DNA of 64,000 nucleotides from Giardia intestinalis (Eukaryota): NCBI GenBank assembly GCA_000002435.2, contig CM018793.1; one strand, 5' to 3'. Shown piece by piece: positions 10,101 to 18,621 of this stretch (position 1 is its first letter; each line of letters starts with the position of its first letter). The notes under the pieces were generated by a model. It saw only the letters and a program-made list of their open reading frames with translations, ran no database searches and was not told where the DNA came from. The position numbers and the translations under genes were made by a program.

Positions 10101-10756
10101 GGGAGCCGCTCTACGACGGCGGCCGCTTCCTCCTCAAGCAGAGCAAGCCCCTTCTGGAGGCGAACAGCTTCCCGACGTTCGGGGTCCAGGTGCTCTCGAT
10201 GAGCAAGCGCATCATGACGGAGGTGATGGCGACGGCCCAGGACCACGGGCTCCCGATCTACTACACAGACACGGACAGCATCCACATCGACAAGGCGTCC
10301 ATCGAGCCCCTCCGGAACTACTTCCACGCGCGCTTCCAGCGGGAGCTCATCGGGAAGAACCTCGGCCAGTTCCACTCAGACTTCCCCGACAGCCCCTCCG
10401 GGGAGATGTTCGTCAGCCGCTACTTCATCGGCGTCGGCAAGAAGGCATACCTCGACATCCTCCAGGACAGCCAGAACAACATGAGCTACCACGCGCGCCT
10501 CAAGGGCATCCCCGAGCAGGCGATCCTCAACGAGGCCCGGCAGCGCTGCTCCCACAACTTCCTCGGCGGGCTCTACAACCTCTACGCGGACCTCTACAAC
10601 GGCGTGCCCCAGACCTTCAACCTCATCTACGACGGCGCGGTGCGCTTCGTGCGAGACGCCAGCCTCGCCTACCGCTGCAGGGACGACTTCAAGCGGAGAG
10701 TCATCTTCGAGAGGGAGCCCGATGAGCCCCTGAACATATCAAAGCTGATGCAGTAA
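7160..10756 (+). CDS. Protein-primed family-B DNA polymerase (pPolB) with a 510-aa N-terminal extension of unknown function (terminal-protein-like fusion is a possibility).
   Basis: ExoI 'DVWFADFETTTDG' (phi29-type). ExoII 'YFHNLNYDGAF'. Motif A 'DFDAVSLYPSAM'. Pre-B 'VTGGR'. Motif B 'KLIMNSCYGKSILK'. Motif C 'YTDTDSIHI'. KxY 'GKKAYLD'. Extreme GC3 creates phantom ORFs in other frames. Stop lies in palindromic AGTAAATTTACT. Confidence 0.85.
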   Translation: MATTRELLTMHPQQMSEDQLAQLKTSLETLNYTQLRQYVLGRVKPLIENVRKHIQEDPVGSVDQVLDFQDGFWSKDLIQRVRWNLAQFRVNEKNPRRVPTSRAKEALELNYMTDYSFRRIVYPIVADLAKALYLRAEEANRRNTDASVRYVPLLVMFNQQNTFGYPPRVAFLVTPAVITFLRGWKVFADGDDAHQHYLNAVTRDAAQIHGVQSAEPGEMLYCFNWDPIFAGTESDPENPRNAMFSFGTMYEPVFIFQIQIIRTREGQRKLIHRRGGMAPFTNDSFFDLTRYQIEKTGEGFKNSKDTCFLYALKQSGVLSDDEIRAAAFHINQASVTFAMIDAIGKQLFVCFHMHMADRVVLKGAQKNRKVPPGVAIRNIHLGFDFNHYYIFDEKLPYSKTYVNNAAVMMEHHTYPANTNLREVNVRDTFHPQTREPTKKVVFGYHRDDDPHTCSSRDLILSLHKQGLLKPIRSDSLLAIKESFIREEHYEEDALNYCEDQLKEITPKKKTQSPKDVWFADFETTTDGDQHHPFLLCFHGINNVTGTYWAKDYNSIGDMVRAAFNRLAMLNRPQLVYFHNLNYDGAFVLPYFDVKKDSIVTLGASKIIAFTIHVRLSDDRKNKPIPIHFRDSYALITAPLSKFGKMFNLNVHKEVLPYSFYTQDNVKKLCQGFKPTLEEYLSYEIESRREELEQLLRTLPEMLVIDRVDAFKYAHYYCARDCHVLKDGVMGFRRQLLEVTGIDAFTSMTLPSIAYNFLINEKCFEGCFNLNTAPLLFVRQCVTGGRCMLRCNEKQYVEGEVMDFDAVSLYPSAMARLHTLMGHPKIVDPEKHDLGWLLRQDGCFLEIDIEVVPKQLDFPLINRQTEKGRHFSNEPGPMFADNITIEDIIEYHKVPMNRIRVLRGYYYDEGKNTNIQAVIRKIFEARLKFKAEGNPLESIYKLIMNSCYGKSILKPVYKRMNTVDHAGLERELLDNSADVLCWEPLYDGGRFLLKQSKPLLEANSFPTFGVQVLSMSKRIMTEVMATAQDHGLPIYYTDTDSIHIDKASIEPLRNYFHARFQRELIGKNLGQFHSDFPDSPSGEMFVSRYFIGVGKKAYLDILQDSQNNMSYHARLKGIPEQAILNEARQRCSHNFLGGLYNLYADLYNGVPQTFNLIYDGAVRFVRDASLAYRCRDDFKRRVIFEREPDEPLNISKLMQ

Positions 10757-10762
10757 ATTTAC

Positions 10763-11794
10763 TTAGCGCTCCATAATCTCCTTGAACCTCCCAAAGGTTA
10801 GAGGCTCAGCATTGAAGAACTTCTTCTTCCTTGCCCACGCAGAGAGACGATCGAAGAAAGCCTCAGACGATATCTGCTTGTCCCCAATGGTAAAGCTGTA
10901 ACGACGATCATGATACTCATCAATATCGAACCAGGCGTCTGTGATCGCAAACTGACGCGTAACAGCAGCTGCCTTTATCAAACAGTACTGGCCACCGCTC
11001 CATATGGTTCCCACATGACCCGGCTCTATCGCGACAACTGGGTTGTAAATGCCCTTATGCTCGAGGAGGAACTCGTTCGTCTGCCTGATCGTGTCAAGCG
11101 CATCGACCTCGCACAGACGATGAGGATCATCCGAGGCCCTGTCCTTGATGTGGTCCTCACAGACAGCCGGGTCGATAGCGAAGCGCACATGGAAGGCCGG
11201 AAGGATGCCTGCGCGGAGCATGTAGTGGTCGATCAGGTAGTGGAGGTACTGGCCTTGCTCCTTCGTGATGTAGCCGTCACTCATCTTGAAGAGGATGAAC
11301 GCGCTAGTAGACGGCAGCCAGCGGTCGAAGATGATGAAGTCGTACTGCTGATACTCTTCGGCAAAACGGCAATGAAGAAGCTGCTTCCCCAGTGCATGGA
11401 CCACCTGCTCCTGGAACTGGAAAGCAAGCTCCCTGGGGTTCTTGTAGTACTCCTCGAGGGTGATGCCTCCGTTCTGTCCAAAGTGGTTGTCTGCCACGGC
11501 CTCCTCGATGATGGTAGCTTCGAAGCCTTGGTCGATCAGGTACTTCTTGAGATGCTTGCAGAAGGTGGACTTGCCTGCGCCGATGGGACCGTCAACAACG
11601 ATGATGCGAGGATCAATGACAACAGGCGGCACAACTCTCGAACTGAAATCGCTGAGCTTCCATACGAGGTTATCGTCCATGTTGATCCCGATGTCAACTG
11701 ACTCCAGAAAGTCTTCGACTGGCCAGTGTGATGATTTACTATCGATGAGGCCTGGCTCAGCTGGCTGGTTCTGGGGCTCGTAGTACTGGCTCAT
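10763..11794 (-). CDS. P-loop deoxynucleoside kinase-like protein (dNK / herpes-TK family), copy A. Trimmed to the ATG within 'GGAAAATAAAATGAGC'; the ORF track began at a GTG.
   Basis: 'IVVDGPIGAGKSTF' Walker A of the DGPxGxGKT type. 'IIFDRWLPSTSAF' resembles the TK/dNK 'FDRH/ERS' site. Convergent with polB. Very high GC3. Confidence 0.7.
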   Translation of the reverse strand: MSQYYEPQNQPAEPGLIDSKSSHWPVEDFLESVDIGINMDDNLVWKLSDFSSRVVPPVVIDPRIIVVDGPIGAGKSTFCKHLKKYLIDQGFEATIIEEAVADNHFGQNGGITLEEYYKNPRELAFQFQEQVVHALGKQLLHCRFAEEYQQYDFIIFDRWLPSTSAFILFKMSDGYITKEQGQYLHYLIDHYMLRAGILPAFHVRFAIDPAVCEDHIKDRASDDPHRLCEVDALDTIRQTNEFLLEHKGIYNPVVAIEPGHVGTIWSGGQYCLIKAAAVTRQFAITDAWFDIDEYHDRRYSFTIGDKQISSEAFFDRLSAWARKKKFFNAEPLTFGRFKEIMER

Positions 11795-11867
11795 TTTATT
11801 TTCCCAGTAGTGCACGTCTCAAGAGCCAAACCATTTTAAAGTGAATTCTCCCCACGGAAATAAAAGT

Positions 11868-12122
11868 ATGGCTGGCCACCTTCTCAACAGCAACGGGACC
11901 GCGAAGAACGAGAACAAGCTCTACACCCAGAAGCCGACGCCCTTCTACGACGCGGGCACGGTGCCGGTCCGTCTGTCCTCGGTACCCTTCGAGAGCCGCA
12001 ACGAGCCGATCCGCGTCCAGATCGACGAGCCGCCCAAGCAGCGCCCGCGAGCTGGTCTAGTGCGCACCCGCAAGAGGATGATCCCGAGGAACCGCTGGAA
12101 GAGGAACGGGAACAAGCAGTAA
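11868..12122 (+). CDS. Small (84 aa) highly basic protein, copy A (trimmed to 'MAGHLL').
   Basis: Promoter module 'ccaaaccattttaaagtgaattctccccacggaaataaaagtATG'. Stop lies in palindromic AGTAAACGTTTACT. C-terminus 'RPRAGLVRTRKRMIPRNRWKRNGNKQ' is NLS- or nucleic-acid-binding-like. Conserved in copy B. Confidence 0.5.
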   Translation: MAGHLLNSNGTAKNENKLYTQKPTPFYDAGTVPVRLSSVPFESRNEPIRVQIDEPPKQRPRAGLVRTRKRMIPRNRWKRNGNKQ

Positions 12123-12126
12123 ACGT

Positions 12127-12723
12127 TTACTTCGAGATCTCCTCGAGGAAGCGGTTGAAGGTGTTCGTCTCGGTGGAGGCGTTGAGGAAGCGCTGGATGC
12201 CGTCAGCCCACGCCTGGGCGCTCTCGTCGCTGATGCTGAGACAGGTGGCTGTGTACGTGCGCTTGTTCTTGGGAAGCCTCGAGAGCCTCACGAACTCGTC
12301 TCCGGTCTCCTCGTAGAGATAGAAGGCAGAGCGTGCTCCATCAGAAGCGCGTCTGCAGAAAGCGGTGTAGTGAGGGGCTTGCACGAACTCGTCCTCGGGT
12401 CGCTTGACGAAGCGGAAGACGACGCCCTGCTGGTTGAGCCACTTGCAGAACCAGGAGGTGACTCGCTGATAGTCCTCAGTACCCTCAGCGCACTCTGCGG
12501 TGACTCGACCGAGCAGTCTTCCGACCTGGCCGCAAAAGGACTTAAACGCGGGACTGGACGGGGCGGGAGGATTTGCCACTGGCAGAACGGGCTCGGCGTC
12601 GGCGGTCTGTCGCTGTCGGGTTCTAGAGGCAGACTTCCTATGAGTGGGCTCTCTGGAGGAAGGAATGACATCTTGAAGGAAGGGGTCCTCGGCGAAGTGC
12701 TCTGGTATGAATCCATCTGCCAT
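12127..12723 (-). CDS. Hypothetical 198-aa protein with conserved Cys residues, copy A.
   Basis: Start preceded by 'ggaaaataaaataagcATG'. 3' end in the shared AGTAAAC palindrome. About 70% identity to copy B (18622..19272) with a conserved core 'FKSFCGQVGRLLGR..A.CAEGTEDY.RVT.WFC.WLNQ'. Confidence 0.55.
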   Translation of the reverse strand: MADGFIPEHFAEDPFLQDVIPSSREPTHRKSASRTRQRQTADAEPVLPVANPPAPSSPAFKSFCGQVGRLLGRVTAECAEGTEDYQRVTSWFCKWLNQQGVVFRFVKRPEDEFVQAPHYTAFCRRASDGARSAFYLYEETGDEFVRLSRLPKNKRTYTATCLSISDESAQAWADGIQRFLNASTETNTFNRFLEEISK

Positions 12724-12839
12724 GCTTATTTTATTTTCCTGGGAGCCCTGTAACCAGATCAGATCAGAATTGATTCCTGATCAATTCGGACGAAGCGACG
12801 ACTCCAGAAAAAAAAATAACGCTGACGTGAATTCGATGT

Positions 12840-13679
12840 TTACTTTGCAAACAGCTTTACGATGTCTTCCTTGTCTCCGGCAATGGCCAACGCAAAAACC
12901 CTACCATTATTGATGTCCTTCTCCTTATCTGCCAACAAAGCAGCACAAGCAGCATGGCCATTTCTCACAGCCCACTCGAAAGCAGTACCACGGGCGTTAT
13001 TGCATAACCTGGCCTCCTTATCTAACAACAGCTTGACGATGTCTGCGTAACCACAGGATGCTGCTAGCATGAGAGCGGTCCAGCCGTCGTTATCCTTCAT
13101 GCCTGCCTCCTTCTCCGCTAATAGGTTAGCGCACTTAGTGTGACCCTTACACGCAGCCCACATGAGAGCAGTCCTACCATCTTTATTCTTCATGCCGGCC
13201 TCCTTCTCTAACAACAGCTTAACGCTGTATGCGGAATCCTTGGATGCTGCTATTATGAGAGCCGACCCGCAGCATCTCGCACATATACCGGCCTCCTTCT
13301 TCACTAGCAGGTCAACGCACTTAAAATTAAACTTACTCACAGCCCACATGAGGGCGGTCCTACCGATGACATCCTTCATACCAGCCTCCTTCTCTAACAG
13401 CAGCTTAACGCAGTCTGTATAGCCTTCGGATGCTGCTATCATGAGAGCCGTCAAGCCGTGTCCATCACTCATACCAGCCTCCTTCTCCACTAGCAGGTTA
13501 GCGCAGTTAGTATGACCCTCCCTCGCAGCCCACATGAGGGCAGTCCAGCTGTTGAAATCCCTCAGGCCAGCCTCCTTGTCTACTAGTTCCCTGACGACAT
13601 CGATGTTACCTTGCGCTGCTGCTTCTATGAGATCCCTAAAACCATATCCTGGCGACTTGTATTCTCGATAAGCCTTCAT
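12840..13679 (-). CDS. Ankyrin-repeat protein (about 8 repeats), Giardia protein-21.1-like repeat flavour.
   Basis: Reiterated 'G.TALMWAA..GH..C..LL.EKEAGM.D' repeats. Start 'ggaggaaaataaaatATG'. 3' AGTAAAC followed by a T-run. Confidence 0.8.
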   Translation of the reverse strand: MKAYREYKSPGYGFRDLIEAAAQGNIDVVRELVDKEAGLRDFNSWTALMWAAREGHTNCANLLVEKEAGMSDGHGLTALMIAASEGYTDCVKLLLEKEAGMKDVIGRTALMWAVSKFNFKCVDLLVKKEAGICARCCGSALIIAASKDSAYSVKLLLEKEAGMKNKDGRTALMWAACKGHTKCANLLAEKEAGMKDNDGWTALMLAASCGYADIVKLLLDKEARLCNNARGTAFEWAVRNGHAACAALLADKEKDINNGRVFALAIAGDKEDIVKLFAK

Positions 13680-13699
13680 ATTTTATTTTCCTCCCCGCC

Positions 13700-14157
13700 C
13701 TGAATCAATTAATCAGATCAGAATCAATTCGTCAGAATGGTTTGCACTTCCTGACTGCCGCCTCCCAGAAAAAAAAAATAACGCTGGCCTGCTTTCTGCT
13801 TTCGGGCTGTCTGTATGTCGCACTTCGGTGTCGTGCGGGCCCGGGGGCAGGGAGCAGACCAGGCTGGCCGGCAGCTGAACCGGGCGCGAACGCATCACAC
13901 ACATCCAAGGACAACGCGGTCTCCTCCCGGCGTGCACGGCACCACGCTGGGCGGTTCCGGGGGGAGGCCGCGATTTTTTTTGAAAATTTACAGGTTTTTT
14001 ATTCTGTTGAAAAGTAGGTAAACGAGCGCCAGCGTGTGGGAGCCTAGTGGGCGGACCGGCACACGCAGACGCACTTGTGGGGGACGCTTTCGTTTTTTTG
14101 GGCCCAGCCCCGTGCAGGCCCAAAAAAACGAAAGTGGGCACCACAAGGATATATACT
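13700..14157. repeat. Conserved inter-unit spacer, copy A (about 450 bp): AATCA-type short repeats, A10 run, 'tgtatgtcgcacttcggtgtcgtgcgggc' stem-loop, 'gggcggttccggggggagg', T-run, hairpin, 'atatatactact' junction.
   Basis: Aligns block-by-block with 19790..20230 and partly with 20737..20900. Confidence 0.7.
14087..14134. repeat. Perfect inverted repeat / hairpin: 18-nt arms 'ctttcgtttttttgggcc' and 'ggcccaaaaaaacgaaag' with a 12-nt loop.
   Basis: Read directly. Stem conserved in copy B (20155..20206) with a different loop. Sits 25 nt upstream of the point where truncated polB-B homology begins. Confidence 0.8.
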
Positions 14158-17100
14158 ACTGACGCCCGCCGTCATCACGTTCCTCCGCGGCTGGAAGGTC
14201 TTCGCAGACGGCGACGACGCGCACCGGCACTACCTCAACGCGGTTACGAAGGACGCGGCGCAGATCCACGGCGTCCAGTCTGCAGAGCCCGGCGAGATGC
14301 TCTACTGCTTCAACTGGGACCCGGTCTTCGGGGGCACTGAGAGCGACCCCGAGAACCCCCACAACGCGCTCTTCTCGTTCGGGACGATGTACGAACCCGT
14401 CTTCTTCTTCCAGATCCAGATCGTGCGCATGAAGGATGGCCAGCGGAAGTTCATCCACCGGCGCGGCGGCCTGGCCCCCTTCACGAACGACTCGTTCTTC
14501 GACCTCAACCGCTACCAGATCGAGCGGACAGGCGAAGGCTTTCGGAACAGCAAGGACACGTGCTTCCTCTACGCTCTCAAGCAGAGCGGGCAGCTGAACG
14601 ACGAGGAGATCAAGGCCGCGGCGCTCCACATCAACCAGGCGGCGGTCACGTTCGCGATGGTCGACGCGATCGGCAAGCAGCTCTTCATCTGCTTCCACAT
14701 GCACATGCCGGACAGGGTCGTCCTCCGGGGCGCACAGAAGGGCCGCAAGCTCCCGCCCGGCGTCGCACTCCGGAACATCCAGATAGGCTTCGACTTCAAC
14801 CACTACTACATCTTCGACGAGAAGCTCCCCTACAGCAAGGCGTACGTGAACCACGCGTCCGTGATGATGGAGCACAACGCGTACCCGGAGAACGCGAACG
14901 TCCGCGAGGTCAGCGTCCGGAACACCTTCCACCCGGAGACCCGGGAGCCGATGCAGAAGGTCGTCTTCGGCTACCACCGCGACGACGACCCCCACACGTG
15001 CACGAGCCGCGACCTCCTCCTCTCGCTCCACAAGCAGGGCCTCCTCCGCCCGATCCGCTCAGACGACCTCCTCGCCGTCAAGGAGTCCTTCATCCGCGAG
15101 GAACACTACGCGGAGGACAACCTCGAGTTCTGCGAGAACCAACTCAAGAAGATCGAGCCCAAGAAGAAGCAGGCCCCGCCGAAGGACGTCTGGTTCGCGG
15201 ACTTCGAGACGACGACCGACGGGGACCAGCACCACCCGTTCCTCCTCTGCTTCCACGGGGCGAACAATGTGACGGGGACTACTGGGCGAAGGACTACACA
15301 GCATCGGGGACATGGTCCAGCGGCCTTCCCGCCTCGCGACCTCAACCGGCCCCAGCTGGTTACTTCACAACCTCAACTACGACGGGGCCTTCGTCCTCCC
15401 GTACTTCGACGTCAAAAGGACAGCATCGTCACCCTCGGGGCGAGCAAGATCATCGCGTTCACATCCACATCCGACTGAGCGACGACCGGAAGAACAAGCC
15501 GATCCCGATCCACTTCCGGGACTCCTACGCCCTGATCACGGCGCCCCTCAGCAAGTTCGGGAAGATGTTCAACCTCGACGTCCACAAGGAGGTCCTCCCG
15601 TACTCGTTCTACACGCAGGAGAACGTCCGCAAGCTCGCAGAGGGCTACCGGCCGACCCTCGAGGAGTACCTCTCGTACGAGATGGAGAGCAGACGGACCG
15701 AGCTCGAGCAGCTGGTCCGCATGCTGCCGGGGATGCTCGTCGAGGACCGCGTCGATGCGCTCCGCTACGCCCACTACTACTGCGCGCGGGACTGTCACGT
15801 GCTCAAGGAGGGCGTCCTCCGCTTCCGGCAGCAGCTCCTCGAGGTCACCGGGATCGACGCGTTCACGTCCATGACTCTCCCGAGCGTCGCGTACAACTAC
15901 CTCATCAACGAGAAGTGCTTCGAGGGCTGCTTCAACCTCAACACGGCTCCGCTTCTCTTCGTGCGCCAGTGCGTGACGGGCGGGCGCTGCATGCTCCGGA
16001 ACAACGAGAAGCAGTACGTCGAGGGCGAGATCATGGACTTCGACGCGGTCTCCCTGTACCCGTCCGCAATGGCGCGCATCTACACCCTCAAGGGCCACCC
16101 GAAGGTCGTCGACCCCGAGAAGCACGACCTCGGCTGGCTCCTCCGCCAGGACGGCTGCTTCCTCGAGATAGACATTCAGATCGTCCCGAAGACCCTCGAC
16201 TTCCCCCTCATCAACCGCCAGACGGAGAAGGGCCGCCACTTCTCAAACGAGCCAGGCCCGATGTTCGCGGACAACATCACGATCGAGGACATCATCGAGT
16301 ACCACAAGGTCCCGATGAACCGAATCCGCGTCCTCCGGGGCTACTACTACGACGAGGGGAAGAACTTCGCCATCCAGACCGTTATCCGGAAGCTCTTCGA
16401 TACGCGCCTCAAGTTCAAGGCGGAGGGCAACCCCCTTGAGAGCATCTACAAGCTCATCATGAACAGCTGCTACGGGAAAAGCATCCTCAAGCCCGTCTTC
16501 AAGCGGATGAACACCGTCGACCGGGCCGGGCTCGAGCGGGAGCTCCTCGACAACTCCGCCGACATCCTCTGCTGGGAGCCGCTCTACGACGGCGGCCGCT
16601 TCCTCCTCAAGCAGAGCCGCCCGCTCCTCATGGCGAACAGCTTCCCGACGTTCGGCGTCCAGGTCCTCTCGATGAGCAAGCGCATCATGACGGAGGTGAT
16701 GGCAACGGCCCAGGACCACGCGCTCCCGATCTACTACACGGACACCGACAGCATCCACATCGACAAGCGGTCAATAGAGCCGCTCCGGAACTACTTCCAC
16801 GCGCGCTTCCACCGCGAGCTCATCGGCAAGAACCTCGGCCAGTTCCACTCGGACTTCCCCGACAGCCCCTCCGGCGAGATGTTCGTCAGCCGCTTCTTCG
16901 TCGGCGTCGGCAAGAAGGCGTACCTCGACATCCTCCAGGACAGCCAGGGCCACATGAGCTACCACGCGCGCCTCAAGGGCATCCCCGAGCAGGCGATCCT
17001 CAACGAGGCCCGCCAGCGCTGCGCCCAGAACTTCCTCGGCGGGCTCTACAACCTCTACGCCGACCTCTACAACGGCGTCCCCCAGACCTTCAACCTCATC

Positions 17101-17229
17101 TACGACGGCGCCGTCCGCTTCGTCCGCGACGCGCACCTCGCCTACCGCTGCCGCGACGACTTCAAGCGCCGCGTCATCTTCGAGAAGGAGCCCGACGCGC
17201 CCCTGAACGTCGTCAAGCTCATGCAGTGA
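14158..17229 (+). pseudogene. pPolB copy B: 5'-truncated (homology starts at codon about 172 of copy A) and frameshifted.
   Basis: 85-90% aa identity to copy A across two frames (ORFs 14075..15478 and 14560..17229). About 10 single-nucleotide deletions are clustered at 15270-15480. All catalytic motifs are otherwise retained. No promoter module upstream. Confidence 0.65.
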
Positions 17230-17231
17230 AT

Positions 17232-18293
17232 TTACTCCATGCTGCTCTCCTCGTCGCGCGCAAGGACCTCCTGGAACTCATCAAACGACAAGGCCATCAT
17301 CTGCATGCGGCGCTTGAACGGATTGACGAACCTCCCATATGCGGTCCAATCGCAGAGCTCGTTGAAGAAGACAAACGCGTTGATCCTGCGCATCCCGATC
17401 TGGACGAAGTAGCGGCGGTCCTCGCCGAGGAAGAGAGTATTCTCGACAACGTACTGGCGCGTCACCCTCGCGGCCGCGACGAGCGAGAACTGGTTCCCCG
17501 CCGAGAAGGCCTTGCTCCACTCGGTGTCCGCTGGATGGTTCAGGTTGAAGACCGGCGTGTAGACGCCCTTGTGCTTGAGGAGGAACTCGTTCGTCTTACT
17601 CACGACCCCGAGCGCGTCCTCCTCGCACTGGCGGTGTTCCTCCTCAGCAGCGCGCTGGACGATACGCTGCGCACAGATCAGCGGGTCCGTCGCAAAGCGG
17701 ACGTGTGTCGCCGGAAGGATCCCCGCGTACGACATGTAGACGTCGATCAGGTAGTGGAGGTACATCGCCTGGCGGCCCGTAATATGGCCCTCCTGCACCT
17801 GGAAAAGGACGAACGCACTCGTCGAGGGCAGCCAGCGGTCGAAGATGACGAGGTCGTAGTCCTTGTACTTGTCCGTGAAGCGGTACTCGAGGAGCTGGTC
17901 TGCGAGAGCATGTGTGACGGCGAGCTGGAAGCGGTACGCGTTGGCGTGCGGGTCCCTGTAATACTCGTCGAGCGTGATCCCGTACGCGCTGAAGCACTCG
18001 AGCCCCACAACCTCCTCGATGACCACTGCCTTCAGCCCGCTGTCCTGGGCGTGCTCGACAAGGCGGCGGCAGAAGAGGGACTTGCCGGCCCCGATGGGTC
18101 CGTCGACGACAATCATGCGCGGATCGACGCACGCCGGCGGGATGACGGATGCGTGCCGCGCCAGGCTCAACCCGCGAAGAGTGGACAGCTTCGAGTTCAC
18201 CTCGAGCAGCTCCTCGGACACGTCGTAGTAGAGGCTCGAGTGGCGGACAAGCTCGGTCCCGGGCTGGTTCTGGGGCTCGTAGTACAGGCTCAT
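17232..18293 (-). CDS. P-loop deoxynucleoside kinase-like protein, copy B (trimmed to 'MSLYYEPQNQ').
   Basis: 'IVVDGPIGAGKSLF'. Start 'ggaaataaaATGagc'. Convergent with the polB-B 3' end via AGTGAATTTACT. Confidence 0.7.
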   Translation of the reverse strand: MSLYYEPQNQPGTELVRHSSLYYDVSEELLEVNSKLSTLRGLSLARHASVIPPACVDPRMIVVDGPIGAGKSLFCRRLVEHAQDSGLKAVVIEEVVGLECFSAYGITLDEYYRDPHANAYRFQLAVTHALADQLLEYRFTDKYKDYDLVIFDRWLPSTSAFVLFQVQEGHITGRQAMYLHYLIDVYMSYAGILPATHVRFATDPLICAQRIVQRAAEEEHRQCEEDALGVVSKTNEFLLKHKGVYTPVFNLNHPADTEWSKAFSAGNQFSLVAAARVTRQYVVENTLFLGEDRRYFVQIGMRRINAFVFFNELCDWTAYGRFVNPFKRRMQMMALSFDEFQEVLARDEESSME

Positions 18294-18365
18294 TTTATTT
18301 CCTGGCGGCCTCCCCAATAAATGCCAAAGCATTTGAAAGTGAATTCTCCCGCCAAAAATAAAAGT

Positions 18366-18617
18366 ATGGCAGGCCACCTCCTCAGCAGCAAGGGGACCAC
18401 GAAAAACGAGAACAAGCTCTTCACCCAGAAGCCGACGCCCTTCTACGACGCAGGCACCGTCCCGGTCCGCCTCGCGTCCGTGCCCTTCGAGAACCGCAAC
18501 GAGCCGATTCGCGTCCAGATCGACGAGCCGCCCAAGCCCCGCCCTCGCGCAGGCCTCGTCCGCACCCGCAAGAGGCTGATCCCGAGGAACCGCTGGAAGA
18601 AGAACACGTACCAGTAA
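18366..18617 (+). CDS. Small (83 aa) highly basic protein, copy B.
   Basis: 'ccaaagcatttgaaagtgaattctcccgccaaaaataaaagtATG'. Protein about 85% identical to copy A. Confidence 0.5.
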   Translation: MAGHLLSSKGTTKNENKLFTQKPTPFYDAGTVPVRLASVPFENRNEPIRVQIDEPPKPRPRAGLVRTRKRLIPRNRWKKNTYQ

Positions 18618-18621
18618 ATGT

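Noticed and set aside
7094-10375. 1093-aa minus-strand ORF and 784-aa +1 ORF (7708..10062) through polB. Analogous ORFs 14156..15031, 15412..16239, 16243..16758 and 16771..17136 in copy B.
   Set aside because: Low-complexity translations (D/E/V/L/R/A or R/P/G-rich). No start-site or 3' signals. Explained by the GC3 skew of the real polB frame.
14075-14160. ORF start at 14075 reading through the hairpin into polB-B.
   Set aside because: The translation of the spacer is a by-product. No initiator motif. Homology to polB begins only at 14158.
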